From assembly GCA_035695125.1 (NCBI GenBank), contig DASSEU010000025.1, positions 113,526 through 177,525 of the forward strand: 64,000 bases of DNA. The letters are read 5' to 3'. Each line of letters starts with the position of its first letter. The first letter of the stretch is position 1. The notes beneath the pieces are model-generated. The model did no database searches. It saw only the letters and a list, made by a program, of their open reading frames with translations, and was not told the origin of the DNA. The DNA comes from Acidimicrobiales bacterium. GTDB taxonomy: Bacteria > Actinomycetota > Acidimicrobiia > Acidimicrobiales > JAJPHE01. Shown here piece after piece: positions 18,025 to 27,491 of the stretch. The position numbers were made by a program, and so were the translations under genes.

Positions 18025-20541
18025 ATGTCGAACGGTTCCGGACGACCGGGGCGAAGCGGGCGGGCCGGCCGCTGGGTGGCCGATCCCCGCCGGGGCAGAC
18101 GGAACATGGCGGTCCGCATCACCGCGGCAGCCATGTCGGTGGGCGGCGTGTCCCTGACGCTTGCGGCGACGACGGGGATGGTCATGGCCTCCGCCCGGTC
18201 CACGAGTACCGCCATCGACTCGTGCGGATACCCGAACTCGTCCAGCGCCCGGGCCGCCACCGTCTTCAACGAGAACACCCTGACACGGGCCGTGCAGGTC
18301 GTCGGATCGGGCACCTCGGCCCGTGTCGTCGTGTTCTCGAACGACGAGAACGGCGTCCTGCTGGGCGTCGGCAGCGCCACCCACTTCAGCGGCTCGCTCC
18401 ACGTCCAGAACCCCAGCCTGGGGGACACCGCCGCGACCGACCCGTCCGGCCGGCCGCTGCACCCGGCCCTTTTCGTGACGGACATCACGTCCAACGCCAG
18501 CTCGAACGTGGGGGACTGGCAGCAGGGCGGCGCCCCGGTGCGGTTCCTGAGCGACGTCTTCGGGACATGGGCCACCGGCCAGATGACGGCGGGAGGCTTC
18601 CAGCGCGACACGCTCCCCGCCAAGAACAGCTGGAGCCTCGGGGCGGGGTCGGACACACCGTCGGCCGGGTTCTCCGCCCTGGGCAACGAGGGATACGGGA
18701 CGGAGTTCAGCTGGAACGTGTCGGCGCTGGGCCTGCAGCCCGGGCACACCTACCGCTTCCAGGTCATGACCCACGACGGGGACCAGAACAAGAGTGGCGG
18801 GGACGTCGGTGAGGCGTGCGCCAACCTGACGATCCCGGGGCTCCCGGCCACCCCTGCCGTCACCGTCGACAAGACCAACAACGCGTCGGGCACCGGGTTC
18901 AGCAAGACGAGTACCGCACCCAACGCGGGTGCCAGCGTGCCGTTCCGGGTGGTCGTGAAGAACACCTCCCAGGAGCAGGAGAGGGTCACCGAGGTGACCG
19001 ACACCTACGGTGGGCAGACGATCACCCCTGACTGCCGGGACGCCAGCGGGACCGCCCTGCTCGGCCACACCCTCCTGGTGGGTGAGACCTTCACGTGCAC
19101 GTTCACCCTCGCCCATTACGCCCCCGCCTCCGGCTCCTCCCTGCAGGACACGGTGATGGTGAAGGTCACCGACGCCAACGGCAGGACGGACTCGGACACC
19201 TCGTCGTCCACGGTGAACACGCCCAGCTCTCCAGACCCGTCCGTCACCGTCGACAAGACCAACAACGCAGCGGGGACCGGATTCGCCGCGGCCACCACGG
19301 CTCCGTTCCAGGGGGCCAGCGTGCCGTTCCGGCTGGTCGTTACGAACACCTCCCAGGAGCAGGAGAGGGTCACGGCGGTGACCGACAGCTACAGCGGGCA
19401 GAGCATCACCCCTGACTGCCGGGACGCCGGCGGGACCGCCCTGCTGGGGCACACGCTGGCAGTGGGGGAGACGTTCACATGTACGTTCACCCTCCAGAAC
19501 TACGCTCCCGCCGCCGGCACCTCCCTGCAGGACACGGTGAACCTGACGGTCACCGACGCCAACGGCAGGACGGCATCGGACACCGCGACGTCCACGGTGA
19601 GCACGCCCGGCTCCAACGTCGTGTCCCAGACCATCTCCGGGTCGATCCTCCTGTGCGACACCGGCGGCAACCGCACGACCACCCCGGTCAACGGGGGCTC
19701 TCTCCAGGCTCTTTCGGGCGGCACGGCCGTGGTCAGCTCGGCCAACCAGCTGCCCCCGGCATCGGTGCCGTCCGGCACCTACACGCTCACGGCCAACGGC
19801 CCCCTCGGCTACCAGTTCGTGGCCTGCGGGGTCAGCGGGGTGAACATCGCCTCGCCGACCCTCGCGAGCCAGCCGGTGACCGTGCCTTCGGGCGGGTCGG
19901 CGGCGGGGGTCTTCTACGTGTCGCGGATCCCGATCACGGCGACGATCGACAAGACCAACAACGCCGCCGGAACGGGCTACGGCAAGGTCGAGCTGGCCGG
20001 CACCCCCAACCAGGACGTCCCCTTCCGGGCCATCATCACCAACACCTCGCCGGTGCCGGTGGTGATCACTTCTCTGTCCGACGCGTGGCCGGGCCAGGCC
20101 GCCTTCACCCCGACCTGCGCCCAGTCCGTGGTCGGGGCCGTTCTGGCTGCCAACGGAGGCACGGTGACGTGTGACTTCACGATCACCAAGTACTCCCCGC
20201 CGGCCGGCCAGTGGCTGGTGGACACGGTGACGGCCACGCTCTCCCAGCTGGACGTGCAGTCGAGCTCGACCGTGGCCTCCAACTCGACCACGGTCACCAA
20301 CACCTCGACCGTCGGCACCACCCAGGTCCTGGGTGAGCAGGTCAGCCCGCCCACCACGCAGGGTCTGGTCACCGTGACCCAGCCGCCCACCCAGGTGCTC
20401 GGAGAGCAACTTGCGTTCACAGGGGTCCCGGGCTGGGTGTGGCAGGCCCTGGAGTCAGGGTTGGCCATGATGTCGGTCGGCTTCTTCGTCCTGTGGCTGA
20501 CCCGGCCCCGTGAGCTGGATGGTCTGACCGGAACGGCGTGA
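18025..20541 (+). CDS. Cell-wall-anchored surface protein with LAxTG (class E sortase) sorting signal and repeated DUF11/CARDB-like domains
   Basis: GGGAGG lies 8 nt before ATG 18025. There is an N-terminal signal/TM, a unique ~250-aa head domain, and three (V/I)DKTNNA.GTG... domains. The C-terminus is LAFTG plus a hydrophobic stretch plus RPRE. Confidence 0.85.
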   Translation: MSNGSGRPGRSGRAGRWVADPRRGRRNMAVRITAAAMSVGGVSLTLAATTGMVMASARSTSTAIDSCGYPNSSSARAATVFNENTLTRAVQVVGSGTSARVVVFSNDENGVLLGVGSATHFSGSLHVQNPSLGDTAATDPSGRPLHPALFVTDITSNASSNVGDWQQGGAPVRFLSDVFGTWATGQMTAGGFQRDTLPAKNSWSLGAGSDTPSAGFSALGNEGYGTEFSWNVSALGLQPGHTYRFQVMTHDGDQNKSGGDVGEACANLTIPGLPATPAVTVDKTNNASGTGFSKTSTAPNAGASVPFRVVVKNTSQEQERVTEVTDTYGGQTITPDCRDASGTALLGHTLLVGETFTCTFTLAHYAPASGSSLQDTVMVKVTDANGRTDSDTSSSTVNTPSSPDPSVTVDKTNNAAGTGFAAATTAPFQGASVPFRLVVTNTSQEQERVTAVTDSYSGQSITPDCRDAGGTALLGHTLAVGETFTCTFTLQNYAPAAGTSLQDTVNLTVTDANGRTASDTATSTVSTPGSNVVSQTISGSILLCDTGGNRTTTPVNGGSLQALSGGTAVVSSANQLPPASVPSGTYTLTANGPLGYQFVACGVSGVNIASPTLASQPVTVPSGGSAAGVFYVSRIPITATIDKTNNAAGTGYGKVELAGTPNQDVPFRAIITNTSPVPVVITSLSDAWPGQAAFTPTCAQSVVGAVLAANGGTVTCDFTITKYSPPAGQWLVDTVTATLSQLDVQSSSTVASNSTTVTNTSTVGTTQVLGEQVSPPTTQGLVTVTQPPTQVLGEQLAFTGVPGWVWQALESGLAMMSVGFFVLWLTRPRELDGLTGTA
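18859..19626 (+). repeat. Two tandem 384-bp (128-aa) domain repeats, high nucleotide identity by eye; a diverged third copy near 19940-20290
   Basis: gtcaccgtcgacaagaccaacaacgc recurs at 18859 and 19243, and long stretches after it are near-identical (…gccagcgtgccgttccgg…acctcccaggagcaggagagggtcac…). Confidence 0.85.
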
Positions 20542-21362
20542 CGGTGAGGATCCGACGGCGTCGCTACCCGTCGCGGTTCCCACCCCGGCGCCCGGTCCGG
20601 ATGCTGAAGGCCGCCGTGGCCCACACCGCCACGGCGGCCGGGGCCGCCACCAGCCGCACTGTGGGCGGGGCCGAGCGGCGGGGGCCCCGGGAGGCGTTCA
20701 CCGACCCGCGTTTCGCGGCGGCTGTGCTGCTGGGCGGAGCGGCCGCCTTCGTCGGTGTGATCGTCCGGGAGCCTGCCATCCCGGTCGTCGCGTCGGGCGC
20801 CGGGGTCGCACCCGGCTACGTGCTCAACGGGGCGAGCCCCGCCGCCGTCACCGCCTCGACCGGGCCCGGACCGGCGGCCGTCACCTCGACGACGACGTCC
20901 CGACGGGCGCCGACGAATCCCGGAGTGTTGCCAGCCACCGGCTCCGGGCGCTCCGTTGGGGGCCGACCCGGAGGGCCGGGGAGCCGGAACGCCTCCCCGG
21001 CCGAGGTGGCAGCTCCACTCCCGGCAACCCTCACGGTGCGCGCCCCGGTGCTCGATGTGGCTCCGGCTCCGCCCGCCGCTCTGACTCCCGGCACCCCTCC
21101 GACAGCGGCTCCCACCGGGTCGACGCCCGCCCCCACGGCCACGACCGTCCCCCGGCCCGGCCCGCTCCCGACGACCACCACGGTCCCGTCCCCGAGCTCG
21201 TTCCCGGCCCCGAAGCCCTCGGTGCCGATCTCGACGACAGGCAGCTCCACGACGACCACGTCCACGACGACCAAGTCCACGACGACGTCGAGCACCACCA
21301 CGTCGACGACCACGACGGTGTCGACCACGACGACGACCGCCCCCAAACCCCCCAAGCCCTGA
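20538..21362 (+). CDS. Single-pass membrane protein with Pro/Thr-rich (mucin-like) extracytoplasmic tail
   Basis: The GTG overlaps the stop of the surface-protein gene (GTGA). The product has a basic N-terminus, one TM (AAAVLLGGAAAFVGVIV), then P/T/S-rich sequence ending TTTTSTTTKSTTTSSTTTSTTTTVSTTTTTAPKPPKP. GC3 is high. Confidence 0.5.
   Translation: MTVRIRRRRYPSRFPPRRPVRMLKAAVAHTATAAGAATSRTVGGAERRGPREAFTDPRFAAAVLLGGAAAFVGVIVREPAIPVVASGAGVAPGYVLNGASPAAVTASTGPGPAAVTSTTTSRRAPTNPGVLPATGSGRSVGGRPGGPGSRNASPAEVAAPLPATLTVRAPVLDVAPAPPAALTPGTPPTAAPTGSTPAPTATTVPRPGPLPTTTTVPSPSSFPAPKPSVPISTTGSSTTTTSTTTKSTTTSSTTTSTTTTVSTTTTTAPKPPKP
21235..21350 (+). repeat. Low-complexity ACG/ACC (Thr-codon) tract
   Basis: cacgacgaccacgtccacgacgaccaagtccacgacgacgtcgagcaccaccacgtcgacgaccacgacg... 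Confidence 0.7.
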
Positions 21363-21454
21363 GCGCCCTCCCGCCCCCGGTTGGCGCTCCGTTGCTCCCT
21401 GCGCCCCTGCGTAATTCCGGGACGGACGAAAGTCCGCCGGTTACCGTCACCCGC

Positions 21455-21682
21455 ATGCACCGGAGGATCTGGCGTCTCGTATCGGGTCGCAGCGCGGTCT
21501 CACCCGCGTCGTCCGGCGCGTTCGTGCTCGTCCACTCATCCGGCCTGACGCTGGTCGGTGGCGACGGACAGCCGCTGCTGTTCTGCTCAGCCACCTCGGC
21601 CGAGGAGTTCAGGGTGCGCTACACGTGTGAGCCGCCGGCCTACCGGTGCACCGACGCGTCCGACCGACGCGTCGCGGCCTGA
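21455..21682 (+). CDS. Hypothetical small protein (75 aa)
   Basis: Internal ATG of ORF 21392..21682. GC3-rich codons, but no recognisable motif. The 3' end overlaps the convergent methyltransferase gene by ~40 nt. Confidence 0.3.
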   Translation: MHRRIWRLVSGRSAVSPASSGAFVLVHSSGLTLVGGDGQPLLFCSATSAEEFRVRYTCEPPAYRCTDASDRRVAA

Positions 21683-22380
21683 CCGCACAGCCCGCGCAGA
21701 TCCCCGTCCTCGTCGCGCCACGTCGAGATGGCGGAGAACCCGCGCTCCGCCATCTCGGGCCCCAGCAGCTCGTCCTGCCGACCACCTATCTCGACAAGGA
21801 GCCACCCTCCGGGGCCCAGCAGCCGGGCGGCGGCATCCACGGCCCGGCGTACGACGCCGAGCCCGTCGGCTCCCCCGTCGAGAGCCCGGCGCGGCTCGTG
21901 ATCGCGGGCGTCGGCAGGTAGGAACCCGATCTCGGCCGCCGGCACGTAGGGCGCCACCGCGGTGACGACGTCGAAGGACGCCGCCCGGAGGGGCCCACCC
22001 ATATCGGCGCACACGGCCGGCACCCGGTTGCGTCGGGCGCAGCGCACCGCGGCCATGTCCACGTCGACGCCGACCACATCCGCGCCCGGGACTGACGCGA
22101 GAAGGTGCGCGGCCACCGCCCCGGTCCCGGTGCAGAGATCGGCGGCCCGGCGCCGGCTGCTGTCGGCCAGGAGCGTGGCCGCCCGGCGGGCCAGCACCTC
22201 CGACTGGAGCCGGGGCACGTAGACCCCCGGGTCCACGGCCACCGGACGCCCGCAGAAGCGGATGGTGCCGGTTATCCACGCCAGCGGCACCCCGCTCTCG
22301 CGGCGGCGGACCATCGCCTCGAGGGTGGCGTCGTCGGCGGCGGCGGCGGACAGCTCCCCGGCCTCCTCCTCCGCGGCCAC
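21640..22380 (-). CDS. HemK/PrmC-related class I methyltransferase (PrmC_rel family-like)
   Basis: RFCGRPVAVDPGVYVPR, motif I DLCTGTGAVA, and FDVVTAVAPYVP where HemK has NPPY. The coordinates use the first canonical start (GTG 22380). The conserved LRRAGCV segment lies upstream of that, so the true start is probably CTG 22455, which overlaps the upstream stop. Confidence 0.75.
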   Translation of the reverse strand: MAAEEEAGELSAAAADDATLEAMVRRRESGVPLAWITGTIRFCGRPVAVDPGVYVPRLQSEVLARRAATLLADSSRRRAADLCTGTGAVAAHLLASVPGADVVGVDVDMAAVRCARRNRVPAVCADMGGPLRAASFDVVTAVAPYVPAAEIGFLPADARDHEPRRALDGGADGLGVVRRAVDAAARLLGPGGWLLVEIGGRQDELLGPEMAERGFSAISTWRDEDGDLRGLCGQAATRRSDASVHR

Positions 22381-22451
22381 GCAACCGGCCCGGCGCAGGC
22401 GGCCGACGACGTCCCCGGGAGGCCGAGCCCGGCGGGGCTCCTGAGGAGCGA

Positions 22452-23651
22452 TCAGGCGACCACCCCCCGGGCGCGCAGGTCGGCGATGCGGTCCGGTCCG
22501 AGCCCGAGCTCGGCCAGCACCTCGTCGGTGTGCTGGCCGAGGGCGGGAGCGGCGCCGCCGACGACCGCCGGCGTGCCGTGGAACACGTTGGGGTGGCGGG
22601 GCTGCCGGACCCGGCCCGCCACGGGGTGCTCGACGTCGACGAACAGCCCGATCTCGCGGGCGTGGGGATCGTCGACCAGCTCGGCGGGGCCGAGGACCAC
22701 CCCGCAGGGCACCCGCTCGGCGTCGAGGCGCGCCATGGCCTCTTCGGTGGTCAGATGCGAGGCCGCCTCCCGGCACAGGTGCATGAGCCGACCCGCCACG
22801 TCGCGGTGCCGGCGCCGCTCGGCGATGGTGGCGACCCTGGGGTCGTCGTAGCCGTCGACGCCGAGGGCTCTGCACGTCCCGGCAAAGTCGGCGTCGGACA
22901 CCGGAGTCACCACGCCGCATCCGTCGAGGAAGCGCATGGGTGTCGAGCTGGGGGCGAAGCTGCCCGGCTGCGATCCGTCACCGTCACGCAGCACCTCGTT
23001 GCCGGCGGAGTCGATCCACATGAACGACACGACGGCGTCGAACATCGACAGCTCGATGTGCTGCCCACCGCGGCCCCGCTCCCGCGCCAGCAGAGCAGCG
23101 GTGACAGCCTGCGCCGCCGTCAGCGCCGTGACCTTGTCGGCCAGCACCTGCCCCACGACGCGCGGCTCACCGGTGGTCCGGTCGGCTTCGTTGGCCACCA
23201 CGCCCGCGTAGGCCTGGATGACCGTGTCGTAGGCCCCCTTGGGCGCGTAGGGCCCGGTCGGGCCGAACCCGGAGATCGACAGGTAGATCAGATCGGGGCG
23301 CTGTACGTCCGCGTACCCGAGGCCCAGCCGCTCGGCCACACCCGGCCGCCAGTTCTGCACCACCACGTCGGCGTACCCGATCAGGGTCTGGACGAGGTCC
23401 CGTCCCTCGGGGTCGGACAGGTCGACGACGATGCCCCGCTTGCCCCGGTTGCACACCTGGTACAGGGCGCTCACGCCGTTCACGGCCACCCCCACCCAGC
23501 GCCCGATGTCCCCCAGTCCGGGGCGCTCGACCTTGACGACGTCGGCGCCCTGGTCGGCCAGCACGGCCGCCGCGTACGGGCCCGTGCCCGCGATCGACAG
23601 GTCGACCACGCGGAGACCGGCCAGCGGTCCGGTGGCAGCGGAGCCGGTCAC
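22452..23651 (-). CDS. Family III (CaiB/BaiF) CoA-transferase
   Basis: PLAGLRVVDLSIAGTGPYAAAVLADQGADVVKVERPG, plus the NWRPGV and ISGFG motifs. The GTG overlaps the upstream stop (GTGA). Confidence 0.9.
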   Translation of the reverse strand: MTGSAATGPLAGLRVVDLSIAGTGPYAAAVLADQGADVVKVERPGLGDIGRWVGVAVNGVSALYQVCNRGKRGIVVDLSDPEGRDLVQTLIGYADVVVQNWRPGVAERLGLGYADVQRPDLIYLSISGFGPTGPYAPKGAYDTVIQAYAGVVANEADRTTGEPRVVGQVLADKVTALTAAQAVTAALLARERGRGGQHIELSMFDAVVSFMWIDSAGNEVLRDGDGSQPGSFAPSSTPMRFLDGCGVVTPVSDADFAGTCRALGVDGYDDPRVATIAERRRHRDVAGRLMHLCREAASHLTTEEAMARLDAERVPCGVVLGPAELVDDPHAREIGLFVDVEHPVAGRVRQPRHPNVFHGTPAVVGGAAPALGQHTDEVLAELGLGPDRIADLRARGVVA

Positions 23652-24757
23652 TGCTCGAAGTGGGCGTGGGTGCGGGGCCGTCCCCCCGGACCCGAGTACG
23701 CCGACCCGTAGGTCGGGGCGGGATGGAAGTCGACCTCCGGAACGGTGGCCAGGGCGCCCGCCCACGCGTCCATCAGGGCGTCCTCGGCGCCGTAGTCGAA
23801 CGGGTCCCCGAGGACGCGGGCCTCGGGGGCGTCCGGCGCCAGCGGGTTGTCCGCCAGCCAGCGCGCCGTCAGCCCCACCGCCTGTCGGGCGGGCACGAGG
23901 TCGCGGTATCCGAGCTCGGAACGGAGCCGGGTCAGGTCGAGCACGCGGTGGGTGGGCAGCGGCTGGGTCATGAGGGGCCGGGCCGGCACGGCCAGGTCGT
24001 AGGGCATCGACACCAGCTCGATCTCGGCCCCCAGAGCGGCGGCGGCGATGGTGATGACCTGGGCGATGGTCAGCACCTCGTCGTCCCCCACGTTGTAGAT
24101 CCGGCCGGCGGCGGCGCCGGGACGGTCGACGGCCAGCAGGACGGCGTGGGCGACGTTGGCGGTGTACCCGTGGTGGTGGAGGGTCAGGCCGCCGTCGGCC
24201 ACGACCATCCGCCCCCGCCCGTCGAGGACGCGGCGCACGATCGACCACTCCCGCGGCACCGGCTGGTAGGGCCCGTACATGTAGGGATAGCGGAAGTGGG
24301 TGGCGTCGGGGTGGTGGCGGAACACGGCGTCCTCGCTCTGCGCCACCCGGAAGCCCTTCTCGTCGTCGACGGGATCCTCGACGGTGGGACCGTCCTCGGG
24401 GATCGGCACCGGGAGGCCGGGGGGGTCGTAGGCCCAGGGGTTCATCCAGCCCCGGTGGGCCGGCACGCCTCCCACCGACAGGAAGCGGCCGCACCGGCCC
24501 TCGAACGCCTCGGCTATCCGGCGCAGCCGGCCGTACATGGCCATGACCAGATCGAACGGCGGGCCGGCAGCCACGTCGGTCACCGCCGAGGCGTCGAACG
24601 GGTCGGCGTGGAGGTGGGGAACCCCGGGGGGCGTCTCGGACCGCTCGTGCAGGCCCCGGTGCATGATCGTGACGTCCCAGCCCCGCTCGACCAGCCCGGC
24701 CACGATGTTGACCCCGGTCGGCCCCGTGCCTCCGATCACCAGAACCCGGTCGGCCAC
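23648..24757 (-). CDS. NAD-dependent epimerase/dehydratase family protein
   Basis: Rossmann N-terminus MADRVLVIGGTGPTGVNIV, 369 aa, extended-SDR-like. Confidence 0.8.
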   Translation of the reverse strand: MADRVLVIGGTGPTGVNIVAGLVERGWDVTIMHRGLHERSETPPGVPHLHADPFDASAVTDVAAGPPFDLVMAMYGRLRRIAEAFEGRCGRFLSVGGVPAHRGWMNPWAYDPPGLPVPIPEDGPTVEDPVDDEKGFRVAQSEDAVFRHHPDATHFRYPYMYGPYQPVPREWSIVRRVLDGRGRMVVADGGLTLHHHGYTANVAHAVLLAVDRPGAAAGRIYNVGDDEVLTIAQVITIAAAALGAEIELVSMPYDLAVPARPLMTQPLPTHRVLDLTRLRSELGYRDLVPARQAVGLTARWLADNPLAPDAPEARVLGDPFDYGAEDALMDAWAGALATVPEVDFHPAPTYGSAYSGPGGRPRTHAHFEQ

Positions 24758-24764
24758 GTTGCTC

Positions 24765-25520
24765 CTACCGCGGGCCGGCGGGGGAGGCGGGTCGCTCGAT
24801 GAGCTCCAGCATGGTGCCGTCGGGATCGGGGAAGAGGACGAAGCGCAGCACGGGCAGCCCCGGGCCCATGCTCATCTCGACCGGATCCGACAGGCAGCGG
24901 ACCCCGGCGCGGGAGAGCTCGGCCACATCGGCGTCGATGTCCGCGGTGGCCAGGGCCAGCCGCCAGATGCCCACGGTGTTGGCGCCCGCCGGCGCCGTTC
25001 CCACTCCCTCGACCAGCTCGACGAACCCGCCCACGCCGAGGGTGCGGTAGAACGCGGACGAGCGGTCCGGGTCGGAGCAGGCGACCGTGACCCCGGTCAG
25101 CCCGGGCGGCCCGGGCCGGACGTCGATGGCCAGCCCGTCCGGATCGGCGAGCGCCGCATAGGCCGCCCCGCCTCCCATGCGGAGGCGGCACAACCCGACG
25201 GTGCCTCCGTCGTGGCGCTCGACCGGCTCGGGCACGACCCACTGCAGGAGGTCGACGACCGGGGCTCCGAAGCCCCGGGGACCGGCCATCATCCACGCGT
25301 CCCACTGGGCCCACTCCAGGCCGAAAGCGGCTCCGGGCTGGGGCTGCTCGGGGTTGGTGCGCGTCACCGGCTGCAGACCCAGCACGTCGCGGTAGAAGGC
25401 GAGCGACCGTTCCAGGTCGCGGCAGTTGACGTTGACGTGGACCACGCCGCCCGCTCCCACCGGCACGACGGGGGAGGCTAACCACCTGGCTGCGGTCCGT
25501 CCCGCGGCGACGCTGGTCAT
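24765..25520 (-). CDS. VOC (glyoxalase/bleomycin-resistance/dioxygenase) family protein, two-domain
   Basis: [24 protein letters not shown] plus a second VOC module ([19 protein letters not shown]). Start taken at the internal ATG. Confidence 0.75.
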   Translation of the reverse strand: MTSVAAGRTAARWLASPVVPVGAGGVVHVNVNCRDLERSLAFYRDVLGLQPVTRTNPEQPQPGAAFGLEWAQWDAWMMAGPRGFGAPVVDLLQWVVPEPVERHDGGTVGLCRLRMGGGAAYAALADPDGLAIDVRPGPPGLTGVTVACSDPDRSSAFYRTLGVGGFVELVEGVGTAPAGANTVGIWRLALATADIDADVAELSRAGVRCLSDPVEMSMGPGLPVLRFVLFPDPDGTMLELIERPASPAGPR

Positions 25521-25548
25521 CGCTCCCGCCGTGCCGGCCGGTGGCAGG

Positions 25549-26658
25549 ATGACGACCGTGCCGGACGGGCAGCGGGTGCGCGGAGTGGTGGCGGGCAAGC
25601 GGGGGGCGCCGGTGACGGTCGAGACCGTGGTGGTGCCCGATCCCGGTCCGGGGGAGGCGGTGGTCCGGGTGCAGGCCTGCGGCGTGTGCCATACCGACCT
25701 GCACTACCGGGAAGGCGCGATCAACGACGACTTCCCGTTCCTCCTCGGCCACGAGGCCGCCGGCGTGGTGGAGGCGGTCGGGCCCGGGGTGAGCGCCCCC
25801 GGCCCGGGGGACTTCGTGGTCCTCAACTGGCGGGCCGTGTGCGGGCGGTGTCGCGCCTGTCAGCGGGGGGAGCCGAACCTCTGCTTCTCCACCGCCAACG
25901 CCGCCCAGCGCATGACCCTCGAGGACGGCACGCCCCTCTCCGCCGCCCTTGGAATCGGTGCCTTCGCCGACAAGACCCTGGTGGCGGCCGGGCAGTGCAC
26001 GCCGGTCGACCCATCCGTCGATCCGGCCGTGGCCGGTCTGCTCGGCTGCGGCGTCATGGCCGGCCTGGGCGCGGCCATGTTCACCGGCAACGTGCGTCGG
26101 GGGCAGTCGGTGGCGGTGTTCGGCTGTGGCGGGGTGGGTGACGCCGCCATCGCCGGCGCCGCCCTGGCCGGGGCCACGACGATCGTCGGCGTCGACGTCG
26201 ACGACCGCAAGCTCGAGTGGGCCCGCCGCTTCGGGGCCACCCACACCGTCAACTCGAGAAGCGTCGACCCGGTCGAGGCGGTACGGGCCGTGACGGGAGG
26301 GTTCGGGGCCGACGTCTGCATCGAGGCCGTGGGCCATCCCGAGGTCCTGCGCCAGGCGTTCTACGCCCGGGACCTGGCCGGCTGTGTCGTCCAGGTCGGC
26401 GTGCCCAGCCCGGAGATGGCCTTCCCCGACATTCCGATGATCGACTTCTTCGGGCGCGGCGGCGCCCTCAAGCCGTCGTGGTACGGGGACTGCCTGCCCA
26501 GCCGGGACTTCCCGCTGCTGATCGATCTCCACCTGCAGGGACGCCTCGACCTGGCCGGCTTCGTGAGCGAGCGCATCGGCATCGAGGACGTCGAGGAGGC
26601 CTTCGCACGTATGGAGCGGGGAGAGGTCCTCCGCAGCGTCGTGGTCCTCGACGGCTGA
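25549..26658 (+). CDS. Class III Zn-dependent alcohol dehydrogenase, S-(hydroxymethyl)mycothiol dehydrogenase-like
   Basis: [34 protein letters not shown], structural-Zn Cys cluster [15 protein letters not shown], and GCGGVG Rossmann motif. Confidence 0.88.
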   Translation: MTTVPDGQRVRGVVAGKRGAPVTVETVVVPDPGPGEAVVRVQACGVCHTDLHYREGAINDDFPFLLGHEAAGVVEAVGPGVSAPGPGDFVVLNWRAVCGRCRACQRGEPNLCFSTANAAQRMTLEDGTPLSAALGIGAFADKTLVAAGQCTPVDPSVDPAVAGLLGCGVMAGLGAAMFTGNVRRGQSVAVFGCGGVGDAAIAGAALAGATTIVGVDVDDRKLEWARRFGATHTVNSRSVDPVEAVRAVTGGFGADVCIEAVGHPEVLRQAFYARDLAGCVVQVGVPSPEMAFPDIPMIDFFGRGGALKPSWYGDCLPSRDFPLLIDLHLQGRLDLAGFVSERIGIEDVEEAFARMERGEVLRSVVVLDG

Positions 26659-27417
26659 CTACTTCGGGGCGAAGCGCTGCCCCGCGTCCAACCGGATGGT
26701 CTGGCCGTTCAGCATGGGGTTCTCCACGATGGCCACCGCCAGCCGGGCGTACTCGTCGGGACGACCCATGCGCTTGGGGAAGGCGGCGTCCTTGGTCAGG
26801 GCCGACTCGAACTCGGCCGGGATGCCGGCGGTGATCCCCGTGCTGAACAGGCTGGGGGCTATGGCCATCACGCGGATCCCCAGCGACCCGAGGTCGCGGG
26901 CCATCGTCAGCGACATGCCGGCGATCCCCGCCTTGGCCGCGGTGTAGGCGACCTGCCCGATCTGCCCCTCGAACGCGGCTATCGACGCCGTGTTTACGAT
27001 CACGCCCCGCTCGCCGTCCTCGGGCTCGTTGCGGCTCATGTGGTCAGCCTGCAGCCGGTTGAGGTTGAAGGTGCCGATCAGGTTGAGCTCGATGACCCGC
27101 CGGAAGGCCTCGAGCGGGTGGGGGCCGTCCTTGGAGAGGGTCCGCTTGGCGATGCCCCCGCCGGCGGTGTTCACGGCGATGTGCAGCCCGCCGAGCGCTC
27201 CGACGGCGTCGGCCAGGGCGGCCTCGGTCCCCTCCATGTCGGTGACGTCACAGGCGTGGAACGTGCCGCTGAGCTCCTTGGCCACCGTGTCGCCGGCCGA
27301 GCCGGGCAGGTCGAGGATGGCCACCCTGGCCCCGCCCCGGGCCAGGCGCTCGGCGGTGGCCCGCGCCATCCCCGACGCCCCACCGACGACCACTGCGCCC
27401 TTGCCTTCGATCTCCAT
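26659..27417 (-). CDS. SDR-family oxidoreductase (3-hydroxyacyl-CoA dehydrogenase type-2-like)
   Basis: GAVVVGGASGMARA, NTAG, and Y..AKAG catalytic motif. GAGGAG lies upstream of ATG 27417. Confidence 0.85.
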   Translation of the reverse strand: MEIEGKGAVVVGGASGMARATAERLARGGARVAILDLPGSAGDTVAKELSGTFHACDVTDMEGTEAALADAVGALGGLHIAVNTAGGGIAKRTLSKDGPHPLEAFRRVIELNLIGTFNLNRLQADHMSRNEPEDGERGVIVNTASIAAFEGQIGQVAYTAAKAGIAGMSLTMARDLGSLGIRVMAIAPSLFSTGITAGIPAEFESALTKDAAFPKRMGRPDEYARLAVAIVENPMLNGQTIRLDAGQRFAPK

Positions 27418-27491
27418 CTCGTCTCCTCGGCCCGTGGGTTCCGGCCGTGCTGATCGACCGGCGGCGCATCCTGGCACGTGCGCACGCGGAC

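Noticed and set aside
18859-20290. Regularly spaced long direct repeats that could superficially suggest a repeat array.
   Set aside because: The period is 384 bp and the repeats are in frame inside one ORF encoding repeated Ig-like/DUF11-type domains. There are no short repeat/spacer units, so this is not a CRISPR array.
21558-22384. Overlapping Arg-rich ORFs on both strands (21558..21965 +, 21587..22384 -, 21962..22222 +).
   Set aside because: They are alternative frames of the HemK-like methyltransferase gene, which has clear SAM-binding motifs. They have no motifs of their own.
25521-25548. Only 28 bp separate the divergent VOC and mycothiol-dependent ADH starts, hinting at overlapping leaderless promoters.
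   Set aside because: The spacer is GC-rich without recognisable -10 elements. Alternative upstream starts exist for both ORFs, so the geometry is too uncertain to report.
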